From contig NEEC01000009.1 in NCBI GenBank assembly GCA_002189035.1, positions 3,286,001 through 3,350,000 of the forward strand: a stretch of 64,000 bases of DNA, given 5' to 3'. Every line of letters starts with the position of its first letter. Position 1 is the stretch's first letter. Positions 39,244-52,440 of the stretch are shown one piece after another. Position numbers and translations under genes: made by a program. The DNA comes from Utricularia gibba. Lineage: Eukaryota; Plantae; Magnoliophyta. Below the pieces are notes generated by a model. The model searched no databases. It was not told the origin of the DNA and worked only from the letters and a program-made list of their open reading frames with translations.

Positions 39244-41441
39244 CTAGAGAATGATGTTGAAGTGTTTGGTTTCTTTGTTTCTATTGAGCGAGAACGTGGA
39301 TTCTACTGTTTTGTTTCCTTTACTTGCAGATACTTTATACTCACCCAGAAACCCGAAGAAGGAATAGGAGCCGTGATTGTCTGTCTGGCCTTGTAGAATC
39401 CCAGTTTCCCACTCCTTCAGGAGCATGTCTACCGTTTCACCAGTTGGAAGATTGCTGAAACCATCGTCTGTGAGGCACATCTGGTAGCAGCTGCCACGGC
39501 GAATGGCCGCCCACAGCATTATTCCATCGACAGCGGGATGTGAGAAGCATTCCCTCAGAACTTGCTCGAGGTAAATGGCCTGCAATCAGTTAAAAATATT
39601 GGTGTTCAAGATCATTTCAATCCTTTATGGAAGAAGTGACCTGTTTTCACTGACCTGCACTTCCTTTGAGTACCTTTTGCTTATATCAACTTCTGTTAAC
39701 CAAATAGGAAGCCCGAGAGTATCCAACTTGTCTATGATCGCCCGCATCAACGGAAGGTTCGGTTCGTCGAAATGGCCTTGAAGTCCTATACCTCCCATCT
39801 TCACCCCTCCAAGGTTCAGCTCCCTCATTTTTGACACATATGAGTCTACTGTTGAGTTATCATCGGTGCAAGTCTCCACCACGTTGAACTCGTTCATAAA
39901 CAGTGTGGCCAATGGATCTGCCTCATTTGCAGTCTTGAAAAACCGGGCGCTGGCATTGGGACCGAGCCTTTCTTCATAAAAATCATAATGCAGCATCTCA
40001 TTGTTGACATCCCAGTTGATGAAACTCTCTCCATATTGGTTCATCAAGCTCTGTATTCTCGAGGCAATGGCTGACTCCAGTTCAGATGTGTTGAGGTTTA
40101 GAACCCATGGTGGAGCGTACTTGGGATTCTCCCAGAAAATGTTGTGGCCTCGGGCAACTATTTGGTTCGACCGGACAAATTCCATCATCCGATCTGGTAC
40201 ACTGTAGTCTACTTGGCCACGTGTGTGCTCTGTTGCATTCCACTTCAGCTCATTTTCAAACACTGCTGCATTGAACCTGTCCACAAACCATTTCTGCGCC
40301 GCGGCAACAGAAGTCATGAGGATCCATGTAGCTTCAAATTTAGGCAAGTTTTGAAGCAGCACTAACCTGGTACGCTGAGTTTCCTATTATAGATTCTGCA
40401 ATGGCAGATCCAAATGGGAAATCCTTGGAAACTTGCTCCACTCTTATTGAAGCTCCCTGGTTAGAGACTCCCCGTTGATCCGATACATGGATGGTAACTG
40501 CTCGCTTTCTTACCTGTGAATGATCTTGCCATGAAACCAAAACTTCTTTGTTCATCAGAATGTATGTAAATGCAAGCTCTCGCCTGGTTTATCTTCATAT
40601 CTTGGTTCATTTTCCATTCTTCTTCTGTAAAGGGCTGCAAAGAAGTGCTTGCCATATCTAGATTTATGTTCCTTCCATCCGAACTCTGACATTTCAGATG
40701 CTTGAGTTTCAGTTCCACAAAAATATATGATGCTACACATTTTAGCTGGCAAGCATATCATACCGTAATGCGTATGGTGGATGCATTCGACGGGGACGAC
40801 AACACGAATCCACCCTTAAGAAAAGACCAGCAACCCCTTTTCGCGATCACAGTCCCTATGCATCCCAGTGTGGTCGTTTCTGTTTGTAGCGATGCCCTCA
40901 TCAGAGCCGAGTCTGCGTTTCTTAACTTGATCCAAGCTGTTTTGCACAAGAGATTGTTTAGTAATGTGTACAGAATATCGAGTTGGAAAGGGAAAATCCC
41001 TGGCATAGTAGGCAATGCACTCACTGGAAAAGCAATACTTGGAGCCCTTGTCAAGATTTGGGAGAGAAAATGCGAAAGCAGCAACATGATCACCATTGTT
41101 CTGTACAATCTTCTTCAACTTTGGCTGCTGATCTTTGAGTACCCCTCCTCCATACAACGGTTCTTCATATTGCAGCTTACACTATTCAACAACACAGAAA
41201 GATATCAAACTCCCGTGTATGCAAGTTTCTGCAACTGAACCGAGCCAGAGAAGCAATGGCAAGAACACAAACCTCAGTGTAGGCTGAAGAATCATACAGG
41301 GGACCATCTGCAGGCAAACATTTACTCATAGCAGAAAAGTGATAACGTAATCTGCACAAGAATTGATAGCGTACCATATGAAGAAACGGGGATCGGGCTG
41401 CAGAAGAAAAGAAGGACCAAACTGAACAAAACTTGATGCAT
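39244..41441 (-). CDS. Glycoside hydrolase family 10 endo-1,4-beta-xylanase-like
   Basis: Signal peptide; FPFGSAI; FNAAVFENELKW; RGHNIFW; WDVNNEMLH (acid/base E); LFMNEFNV; IGLQGHF; PIWLTEVD (nucleophile E); HPAVDGIMLW. Confidence 0.93.
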
Positions 41442-42634
41442 TTTCCTCTCTACACAAGCTCCAAAAGGAGAGTTTTTGGAAGATGGGTATGGGAGAAAAC
41501 AGGACATTTGTAACAAAAAGACAAGAATCACGGGTGTCCTCAGAGAGGGTACAGAGACCACCAACATCATCTTTCTGGATTTGAAATACGAGTAGAGGAC
41601 GCAAGCGGACGCTGGTTCATTCGGAATTTAGATGTGGTATTTGGACAGTTGAACGTTGTGGTGTAAGAAGCATGAAAATAATGAATAGATGCCCGGAAAC
41701 ATGCTCACGTGTGTTGCCTTTGTACAGAAACAATTGAATTGGTAGACTTGAACTTGGAGCCAAGTTTTCATACTGCTGCTTTACGCGTCGGCCTTCCCAG
41801 TTCCCACACAAGACCCAAGCAGGACAACGTTCCTTTCCGCCTTGAGAATCATATTCTCACTTCACTGTTCACTTGGGCCGTGGGCCGGAGCTCGACGGTG
41901 GAGAATAAAATCAACATGATGGGAAGGGGTTGGGCCCAACTTATGTTTGTTGTCGACTGCGAGTCAATTCCCTTCCCCACCCAAAAAGTAATAAAATAAA
42001 AGGTGAGGGAGCCGGAATGCAATTACTGAGACTGTGGGCCACCACGGCAGACGTGACCGCGGGGCCCACTATGAAACTCAGTCCTCCCGTCCCGACCGCC
42101 ACCCACCTACCTCTGGCGCATAATTTGCATGTTGCCGGCCGGCGAGTTGGTGGGGTAGGCTGGGCGTCGCTTTTCAATCCGGTTTTCCAGCTTTTTGTTT
42201 AAAAGGGTGTTTGGTGGTGAATATCGTAAGTTGGTGGAGGAGCGGAGCCCCCTGTGGGCATTCCTTCCAACCACCTCACCTCCCCCCTTCTTTGATTTCC
42301 ATCCTCATGCATCTTATCCGCTCCCTTGTCTCTTTCCACAGCGAAAAGAGAATAAAAAAGAGGATTCCCATTTTCAGCTTCTTGTCCTCAGCTCACCTGG
42401 TGCCAACGTGGAGATTAATCCTGACTACCCCAGGGTCTGTGTGCTTCCAAGATCCTGGTTTACGGTTGATCCAGTTATTGTGTGGAGGGAACTATGATCT
42501 CACACTCTGGGGGTCGATGTGAATGACATATGTGGTGCTTGTAAATTCGGTGCAAGCTTGAGGATGAGACAGCACTGATTCCTTCTTTTTTTCTTTACAT
42601 TGAATGGCATAATTATAAATCACGCGAAAAGTTT

Positions 42635-43316
42635 TCAAATGAGGTTGCTGAAGCTTAGAGCTTCGGAGTTGGAATTCAGGCCGAGGAAATCATAGCCCGA
42701 TATCACTCTGTTACAGCTGCAGTCATCGGTGTTGGTACAGGCACAAAAGGACGCCGTGTTGTTCAGGTTTCTCCGTGCCGGTCCCTCATCATCATGATGA
42801 CGTGGTGGGCTGATGCGGAGATCGAGATTCAAGTCCGCTCCTTGGCTGCTCTCCCGCTCCTTGATGGGACGGTGCGTAGATGGGTCGATCCCCTGGCTCA
42901 GAAGCTTCCTCCTTATGTGTGTGTTCCAGTAGTTCTTGATCTCATTATCCGTTCTCCCCGGTAACCTCCCCGCGATGAGGGACCACCTGCGGTGTTTCCT
43001 TGTCTTATTCAGAGCGAAGAGGAGGAGTATGGAAGGGAAGAAAATGGTTTTACTTGTTTCCGAGGAGGCTGTGGAGCTGAACGATGGCTTCCTCTTCTTG
43101 GGGTGTGAAGTTGCCCCGCTTGATGTCAGGGCGGAGGTAGTTGATCCATCTGAGACGGCAGCTTTTCCCGCAGCGGAGGAGCCCAGCGGCCTTGGGCATG
43201 GAGCGCCAGCAGCCTTCCCCGTTGGCTCGAATATAGGCTATGAGGCGCTCGTCTTCCTCCTTGGTCCAGGCCCCCTTGTTGGAATGAGCTTTATCGCAGC
43301 AGGGGGATCTCCCCAT
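42635..43316 (-). CDS. MYB4: R2R3-MYB subgroup 4 repressor (MYB4/MYB308-like); exons 43316-43054 and 42986-42635
   Basis: [22 protein letters not shown]..; [29 protein letters not shown]; [10 protein letters not shown]; EAR motif [11 protein letters not shown]; GYDFLGL. Confidence 0.92.
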
Positions 43317-44228
43317 GAGGGCGGGCGGGCCGTTCTTCTTCTTCCTCCCACTCCGTCTCCGTCTGCGTCTGCGTCTCGTCTGCGCTGCGTGTTATATACA
43401 TAGAAGCGCAGCAGGAGGTTGGGTTCCACTTGAAAAATGGAGCCCAAGTAGCACCACAGAAACACAACATCGCAACAGAAACCAGCGACAATGTCGAGTT
43501 CGTTACGAGCTGACTTCATAACCCAGGACACTGATGCACCAACTACTACGTACTATAAAAACATCATCATCATCATCATCCAACGCGCTTTTTTATAACA
43601 ATTTCAAAGTAACTAAAGCTATTTTTTCCAAAATATGAAAAAAGCCCTCATCTCTATTTCTGTTTTTATTTTATTTTATTTGTAAACAAAATCAAATTTT
43701 TAAATGATACCGGTATGGTAGTTAGGCGCCTACCAAACGCTTTCAAGACGGGCCGTGAAAGAGACACGTGGGCCACTGCCTTCATTATCAAGCCCGCCAA
43801 CGCTAATGGGCCATGTATATGGATCTGGGCCCACGAGAAATCATCATTCTTCAGCGTGTGCCGCAGGGGACTCCCCGAAGGCATCGGACACCGAAGGGGA
43901 AACGTTGACTTTTGGCGATGGCGGCAGAGGCATCTTCAGACGAGGACTCCTCGTCGGAGCAAGATCGAGATGAAGATCATCGTCTGAGGTGCGGCGCTCG
44001 TCGACGACGAGAAGAATTAAAACCGGGAGGGAATCTTTTCCAAAATTATTTATATTTTTTTGGAGATGAGATTATCGCAATTCTGTGACAATCATCACTG
44101 CAAGTACTTTCATTTCATGTGCCCATGCCTACGCTCATGATGCCACAACTCCACTACTTATTTGCTGGTGAGCTTCTTAAGCGTCAGATGCACAACACTG
44201 AATTCAGAATGCTTGCTACTCATCCTCT

Positions 44229-46403
44229 TCACAGCTTCGAAACGGCCAGACCTGCATCAAATGGGTTGCTTCAAGTTTGAGGTTTGGCAGGGAGGGCACA
44301 GGGATTTCAGTGTAGCGCACCTATTTCTTTTGAGTTCACAATGCTTGGGCAAGCAGCTGGAGGTGGAGACTTTTCGTCCAAGAACGGCTCCACGTTGTTC
44401 GGGTTGGACCAAACTGGGTACCCTTTTATCTTCCCCTGTGTCATACAACCAGAAGAAAAGGGCATGGATCCAAGTTATGTTTGTTTACATTTGCTGCGTT
44501 TTCTCGAGGTGCAGTTCCAATGGTGAGAGGTATCATACCAGAACGTTGAGAGCAGCCAGAGTTGCCATTCCTTCACGAGTCCACTGCATATCAGGCACAG
44601 TGTGAAACACAGAGCATGATTCACTGTCAGTGGAGCCAAGGTGGTCGTAGGTACCTTTGAGGCAGAGGCTATGTGAGGTACCACAACTGCATTTTTCATT
44701 TCCGCGAGCCCCGGTTTCATGTATGGCTCATCCTGCATCAGGATCGCGCTTGATGTCTCTCACATGCAACCAAGGTGTCTCAGAAAAGGGAAACCATACC
44801 TCAAACACATCCAAACCAACCCGGAACATGGGATTAGCCTTCAAATGTTGGACGAGAGCGACCTCATCCACAACTGGCCCCCTGCTGCAGTTCACAAGGA
44901 CGGCTTCCTGATGATTTCAAAGGTTTCAGCACTGTAATAGATTCATCAACGGAATAGCCCAGATAATGACTTGCCTTCTTCATGATCGCAAGACGCTCTT
45001 TGTTGATAAGGTGGTAAGTTGTTTTGTCCAGCACGGGATGAAGGCTTATCTGCAAAAGCACCAAATTAATGTGCCACCACTTCAAGATCACCTAACTTGC
45101 AGACGAACTTACCACATCAGCCTCGCGAAGCACCTCCTCCATTGTCGAAGCTCTCTTCCAGGTCACAGGCTCTTCACCATTGGCTTTCAAAAACTGACCA
45201 TAAGCTGGAATTGCATGACAGAAAGTGAAAACTGCTGCTGCACTGCATTTCGAAGGTAGCATACATCTCAAGATCAAAAACACACATACCAGTAACAAAC
45301 TTCTCAAGACGAGTAGCTTGGTAGAGATCATAGTAGATTAAGTTCATTTTGAAGCCTTCAACCTAATGCATACACAGGGAAAGAGTTATTCTTCAGCAGG
45401 TTTCCCAGGAAGGATCACGCCATTCTTTTTAGTTACCATCATTCTAGCATATGCAGACCCAATCCGACCGGCTCCGATTACTCCAACGGTTTGCCCTTTG
45501 AGCAAGTTTCCCACAAACCTACAAGCAAACACGATTCACCTCAGGCAGGCTTTAGTAACCATGAACAAAGTAAATTTTGAAGGATGAGCGACAAGAAATA
45601 AATAAGGTATTCACAGATGAGGGAGCCATCCATCATATCTTCCAGCCCTCATGAACTCATCGGCCTCAACTATTCTTCTCGCTGCTGCTAGAGAAAGCGA
45701 GGCCGCAAGCTCAGCTGTGGTCTCTGTGAGTACACCCTGAGCAGGTGACCATACAGATTTCAATACTTGGGAGAACCGTACACGACGCCTCATAATAAGA
45801 CATAGATAAAATAAAATAAAAAAAGTTTCTTGCTGTAGAATCTTGAAGAACTACCAACTGAAACAAGGTTTCGATAGAATATGAGAGCTCACTGGTGTAT
45901 TTCCGACAGCGACACCGTATTTAGTGGCAGCCTTGGTATCAACATTGTTATAACCTACAGCCATATTGCTGAATGCTCTGCCTCCGGCGCGGCTCAGTGC
46001 AGAAAACAACTTCTCGCCCCAGTCTTCGGTCAACTAAAAGCATACCCAGAAAACGGTATCAACGAGCACTCTAGAACCAGTGCGTGGTTAATTTCAATTT
46101 CACCTCACCTGTCCAATGACTCCATCGCATCTATCGCCAATCAAAGAAATGATGTCCTCAACAGAGAGTATGGTTTTACTCTCAGTGCATATCTGCGGGG
46201 GAAAAAAAAGAACCAGAGTTGGGGCAACAAGCAAAATGGATCAAAAAGAGAAAAAAAAATTGAGAAAGTAAAAAAGTTACTTCGAGACGGCAATCTTGAT
46301 CGATCAATAGATTGATCCACCGAGTACCCGGCATGGATTTGGTGCTTACAATTCTGTATCTCCCATTGGGATTGTAAACTTCGACTTGCAGGGGCCTCGC
46401 CAT
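44229..46403 (-). CDS. HPR1: Peroxisomal hydroxypyruvate reductase (glycerate dehydrogenase), about 13 exons
   Basis: EVYNPNGRYRIVSTKSMPGTRW; AVGNTP|GVLTETTAELAA; GQTVGVIGAGRIG; LVNCSRGPVVDE; VPHIASASK; last exon 44251-44229 encodes GLAVSKL* (PTS1). Confidence 0.96.
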
Positions 46404-48256
46404 GGGAGACAAGCTTCAATCTTTGGCAGCGAGATGTAGTGAGTGGTGTGCAAGCATAAATGATACTGCTAAAAAAAGGGTGGCGGCATGGACTGGATAA
46501 GGCATGTGCTTCCTCTCAGGCCCGCCGCAGCAATTTACTGGCTTGGAGGCCGCTGAATTTTCGCTGGATAAAGAGACCGCAAGCGGCTGACACGTAACCA
46601 GGGAAGCTATCTGCACGTCCGGAAACATGGGGATGTAATGAAACGACACCAAATATTTTCGAAATGAGAACAAATAACATTTTTGTTACATACAGTAGTA
46701 GTTACCATAAATAAAACACATTTAACAATCAATTTGATTTTATTCCTAATGCCATGGGCAAGCTTTTCTGGCAGAAAGTTGATAATGGTTCATCCATACC
46801 GGTCTGGGCTTTCAGGCTTTGGGAATTGGGACTTGATCGACTCGGCTAGACACCTGGGATGTACAAGCTGGCCCTCTTTACTCTTCGTTTCTGTGTTTTG
46901 TGCACGGTAAGAGTGATATTCAAAGTCTTAATATGTGCTAAAATAAAAGAGTGTTGTTGGTTCTGATATCAGGCTTACCAGACTTTAGCGCTGGAGGAGG
47001 TGAGAAAGGTCAGCTTCCTCTTTGCAGCCAGCTGATGTTTGTATTATTGAACTTCAGGCTAGAATGGAGCGAACCGATGCATGTGAAGTTCCAGTGGAGT
47101 GTGCGGTCTGGAAAAGTCACTCTCGAACGTTTTAGATACTGATTTACAGCACATTTCTGTTTGAAATCATCCGGAGAAAGAGGTGGTCATATTTGGGGCG
47201 ACCCAGTTTGAATGCCTGGTGAAATTGTGAGGGTGTCATTACTGCTCTTCTCTTGTGTTGATGGAACAAGTAGAGGCGGTTTTATCTTCCAGGCTGCAGA
47301 GACGAAAGTGATAATCTTGTTGGGTGCTTAGACCATGGGCATTCGATCCAGATATCAGTTTTCATCGTGGCCTCCTCTAATTTCATTCCCCCACAAACAC
47401 GTTACTCTGCCTCCACCCCCCGCGTCCCAACTCTCGCCGAAGGGGAATCCCACCGGAGATTTCTTGGTCAGAACTGAAGGCAGAAGAGGGTTTCTTGGTG
47501 GTGGAGAATTCTGAGCCCCAGAATCACATCCAACGTGTCCAGGATAGCAATAAATTCTGTTTATTTCTATATCGCCGGGATCACCGCTCCATCCAGGACT
47601 CGTCGTTGATGGACGGCTTACGGTGGTCCGACTTCGCTTTGTTTGTTGCCGGCGGCGCAGATCGATCGAAGGGGGTTCTGAACGGGGTGAGCAAAGAGAA
47701 GTGTAGGGAGATGAATCATTTGCGTGTGCAAAACTGCTGACCATTTGATGTTTTCATCTCTGGATCCGACAGTTCGATCTTGTGTTAGTGTGCGAATGCG
47801 GGTGGGGGGGGGGGGTTGTGTCTACATCGAATTAACGGCAGAGAGTATGGCGCCTGCGGTTGTATCCCCAGGCACAGATACTTGAGAAGGAAGAAGAGAG
47901 AACAGGCCAGCAGGCAGCCTCTTCCATAGATGCAGGGATGAATTACACACAACTGCGTGCTGCTCTTCTGGGTTATTTTGACCCTTTTGCCCTCCACGTG
48001 GCGGGCCGGCTGCTTATTAGTTTGGGCGGCGGATTTCGGACAGGAAGCATCGGAGATCGAACCCACCGGCGTCTCTCGTTATTTCCTCTCATCCTGACTT
48101 TTTTTAGGGTAATTTTTATGTTTTCAGGATATCCGTTAAATTTCGCATAGGACTCTTGGGGTTTGTAGTGGCGTTCTATTGATTTCACTTCTGTTCATCC
48201 CACTTTTTTTGTGTGTGTTTGTAGTTTAGGGTTCTTGATCGCTTATCCGGAGTTCG

Positions 48257-50983
48257 ATGGGAGAGGAGCGAGAAGTTAAATTGAATTTAGGGGACGGTGG
48301 GCTGGTGAATGTGAATATTCGTTCCTCTAATGGCTCTAAACTTTCAGTCAAAGCATGCCTCGATTCCACCGTCCGGGAATTCAAAAGTTTGCTGGCCCAG
48401 AATTGCGATGTTCCTGCTCAACAGCAGCGCCTGATCTACAAGGGTCGAATCTTGAAGGATGACCAGACCTTAATCAGCTATGGTACCTTTTTTTTCTTTT
48501 TCTTTTAGAATTATTTTATTTTTTCAGTTGAGCTGTTTTCTTGGCTTTGATTTCATTGAAAGGACGTGAGGGAACGGTTTCTGAGGTTGCTAATACTAGT
48601 TTTTCATGTCTTATCTAATCTCACTCGGAAGGAATGGATCCAGTTTGGTGTTGCGTTAGTGATCCTGGTAATTTCCTTTTTATTAGGATTGCAGGCTGAT
48701 CACACGGTTCATATGGTACGTGGCTCTGCACCGGCTACCCCCCCTCCATCTGATGCTCCTGCAAGTGCAGGGGGTACCACCGGTGTACCTGCTGCCACTC
48801 AAGGACCCAACCCAGCGGGGGTTGGACCACCTGGGACAGGATCCCTATCGTTTGGTAGAACACGGGATCCTGGACTGTTGGGAGCTGGGCTGCCCGATTT
48901 TGAACAGATGCAGCAGCAACTAACTCAGAATCCCAACATGATGAGAGATATCATGAATATGCCTGCAATTCAGAGCCTTATGAACAATCCTGAGATCATG
49001 CGTGGCATAATTCTGAATAACCCTCAGATGCGTGAGATAATTGATCGAAATCCCGAGCTTGGTCATATCCTTAATGATCCTAGCATTCTTCGGCAAACAT
49101 TAGAAGCTGCTAGGAGCCCAGAAATCATGCGTGAGATGATGCGGAACACTGACAGGGCAATGAGCAATCTTGAATCCTCTCCAGAAGGATTTAACATGCT
49201 AAGACGTATGTATGAAAATGTCCAAGAACCTTTTATGAATGCAACAACAATGGGTGGTGCCTCTGGAGCAAATCCATTTTCAGCTCTTTTGGGAAGCCAG
49301 GCTGGTTCCCATACCAGAGATGATGCTAATTCATTTCCTGGATTCGAAAATAATACCAGAGGAGATGTTGCTCCAAACTCCAACCCACTTCCCAATCCAT
49401 GGAGTAGTAATGGTAAGATAAGCCTTGCTGTACGTTCGTAGTTTATTTTTGTTGTCGCTTATATATGAATCGGTTAGATTGGGCTTTTATGAGCTCGCTG
49501 TGATTTTTCCTCATTTGATTTGCAGTCCCTTTTTTCAATATCTCAGCTGATTAGGTATTCTCATTAGCTGAATGCTAATAGGGCAAGAAAGCTTTCCTGC
49601 TTCCAGTTTACGCCATGAATTTGTACTGGATATCTCTTTTTCTTTGCATATCTCAACGAATCTTGGTTTTTCATAGCCTCTCATGGGAACTCCTAATGTC
49701 GCTTTCGCTGGGAATTCTGTGTGTTGATCCACAAACAAATGATACCCTTATTTCCTCTTTGTGCAATGACATTTTCAGAATCTAATATATTCTAAACAAT
49801 GCATTTTGCAGCAGCTCCCCAAGCAAACACTGCTCGTAGAACTAACTCTACTAGTAGCCCAAGACCTCCCACCGTTGCTGGGTGGGGAGGACTTGGTTTT
49901 CCTCAGTTGGATACTAGTGGAATGCCTGAGACATCGGCATTTGGTCAGTTATTACAAAATCCTGCGTGGCACAGATGATGCAAAGCTTGCTTTCCAATCC
50001 TCAATATGTTGATCAAGTACTATGGCAACTTTCTTTGGAGATGTTTCATTGTTTTGCTTTACTTAGGGTCTGTCTTCAAATCAGTAGTCGATTGCAGGTT
50101 CTAGGTCTTAACCCTCAGCTTCAGAGCTTGACAGACGCGAATCCCCATCTGAGAGAGATGATGCAAAACCCTTTTCTACAAGACCTTACCTCTCCCGGCG
50201 CCATGCAGGTGTGTGGCCTTCCTATACCCACTCCATTTTTTCTGCAAATAATGGTTTTACACGTGTTCCTTATGTTGTTTTATTCACCGTTTCTGTTCGT
50301 CAATCATACTAGTAGAAACCTTTTTGCTAACCTACTTGGTGAAATTACTTAGCAAATGCGAGCTCTGCAGCGACAACTTTCACAGCTTAGTCGTCAGCCT
50401 CAGTGAGTTTTGAGAGTTTTAATTTAGGATTCTTGTTTTTTGTCTAGTAATGCTATGGATTATGAATATGATATGCTCCATTATTATACATGTGCGCTGG
50501 CTGTGCTCCTAATACATCTACATGATTTTCTCTCAGGGATGGAGCCCAATCTAATGAAGCTAGAGGTACACATTGGTTTTGTAGAAAAGTAAACAGCGCC
50601 ATGCATCAATCACACTGACCGTTTTGATGGACTATTCTGATGCACTTGAAGTCCAGGTTCTCAAAATCGCGTTGGTTTGGAGTTGCTAATGAACATGCTC
50701 GGTGGAGTCGGAGCTAATGGATTGACCCCAAACGAACCCAACGGTCGGCAATCTCACTGCCTCCTCCATCAACCAACTTACTCCTTGAGATGATGCTGCT
50801 AACTTCACTTTGCTAAATTCATTTCAACCACCAGTGCCCCCTGAAGAGCTGTACGCAACTCAACTCTCCCAGCTTCAAGAAATGGGCTTCTTTGACGCGC
50901 AGGAGAACATCAGAGCGCTCCAAGCTACTGCCGGGAACGTTCACGCCGCAGTGGAGCGTCTCCTCGGAAACCCCGGTCAATAG
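48257..50983 (+). CDS. DSK2: Ubiquilin DSK2 (UBL-STI1-UBA proteasome shuttle)
   Basis: [21 protein letters not shown]; STI1 repeats [21 protein letters not shown]; [27 protein letters not shown]; [41 protein letters not shown]. Confidence 0.95.
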
Positions 50984-51264
50984 TGGTGCTGCAAGAGCAG
51001 AGCAGAGCAGGCGTGAAGCCGAGTGGTGCTGGCGGCGCTGAGGCGTATGATGTCATTTTAGTTGTTGGTTTGACGGCGCTGTGGGCCTTTAGATGAAGAT
51101 TGTGTTAGTTTGATGGATACTCTGCCCCCCTGTGCACGCATTTACACACGAATCCTATGATACCCCGTCCAGGCATTCCTTTTTTCTGCGTCATCATCCT
51201 CGTACCAACTCATCCATTCTTTCATCTCTCTGTAAGAGGGCGTATACTTCAATAAATTCCCATA

Positions 51265-51285
51265 TCTCTCTCTCTCTCTCTCTCT
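51265..51285. repeat. (TC)10 microsatellite
   Basis: Read directly from the sequence. Confidence 0.9.
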
Positions 51286-51591
51286 GGACAAAGAAATAAT
51301 GATGATGATAATATGGAGGCCCATTAGTATCTGGATAAAATACAAAGGAATGTGTTAGACATGATCGAGTTCAAGTATGGAAATATCTGAGATCTGATAG
51401 TCAAGAAGAGAGATGGTGGACGGTGAGATCTGTTTCTCCCGCCAGCTACTGCTCTCGGATGTTCTTGAAGGAAAAAGGAAACTTTTTCGTATATATGGGT
51501 GATACCATGGACTCCAAACATTGCATTGCCGTCCTGAGGCTGCGATAGAACCGGGTTTCTTCTGTTCTTGCAACAACGACGTGCAAGTTTG

Positions 51592-52440
51592 ATGGAGATG
51601 AACGACGGCAGCCGCTTTCCTAGTCGTGATTCCGGTCCCTTTTCTTATCTGTTGTCGGCCCGCAGGAGCCTCAAGAAGAAACGCTCGAAGATGATGACGA
51701 GAATCGGCGACGCGGGGAGATGGGACGGCGCTGGATTTGTTCGGAATGAGACGGCGGTTCATAGCTGCAGTGAATGTGGGAAGAAGTTCCGCTCTTCCAT
51801 GGCTCTGTTCGGGCACATGCGGTGGCACCCTGAGAGAGAATGGCGTGGGATGAATCACCCACAGGAGAAGAAGATAAAACTACAGCACCACCCATCGTCT
51901 TCTCTTTCTTCTTCTGAGTTCACGGAGGAGGAACTCGAGGCGGCCTCGATTTTATTGACTTTGGCCAACATGTCTCCCGCTCATACCTATCATTACTCTC
52001 CGCCGGACGCCGTTGAGGAAAAAGACACAACGGGAGCGGTGGGCCGGTTTGAGCGCTCGAGTTGCAAGAAAGGACTTCCTTCTCAGCAACCGCTACCCAC
52101 GACGACATCAAAAGGGTGCTCCAAAATCACCGCGAACGGACGAGAACAACGCTTCTCCAGTGCTAGCAATGAGAACGCCGCGGCGATCAGGGGAGATGAC
52201 GCTAATGAACACAAATGCAACAGTAACCTTGGAACTGAGATTGGTGGGCACAGATGTCGGATCTGCTTCAGGGTGTTCTCTAGCGGCCAAGCACTCGGTG
52301 GTCACATGAGCGGCCATAGGGAGAAACTGATACCTCTACCACCTGCCGCTGCTCCCATTGATCTTGATCTCAATGTCGACGCCGGTTCTTGGCCTTCAGC
52401 ACCGGAGTTCGTGCCCCTGGATTTGAAGTTAGGATTCTGA
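51592..52440 (+). CDS. C2H2 zinc-finger EAR repressor, DAZ1/DAZ2 (ZAT2/ZAT3)-like, single exon
   Basis: CSECGKKFRSSMALFGHMRWHPEREWRGM; EELEAASILLTLA; CRICFRVFSSGQALGGHMSGH; EAR motifs DLDLN and LDLKLGF*. Confidence 0.88.
   Translation: MEMNDGSRFPSRDSGPFSYLLSARRSLKKKRSKMMTRIGDAGRWDGAGFVRNETAVHSCSECGKKFRSSMALFGHMRWHPEREWRGMNHPQEKKIKLQHHPSSSLSSSEFTEEELEAASILLTLANMSPAHTYHYSPPDAVEEKDTTGAVGRFERSSCKKGLPSQQPLPTTTSKGCSKITANGREQRFSSASNENAAAIRGDDANEHKCNSNLGTEIGGHRCRICFRVFSSGQALGGHMSGHREKLIPLPPAAAPIDLDLNVDAGSWPSAPEFVPLDLKLGF

Noticed and set aside
47470-47500. Telomerase RNA template (AGAAACCCT)
   Set aside because: It does not match TTTAGGG or the known TT(T)CAGG variants, and there is no USE/TATA promoter upstream.
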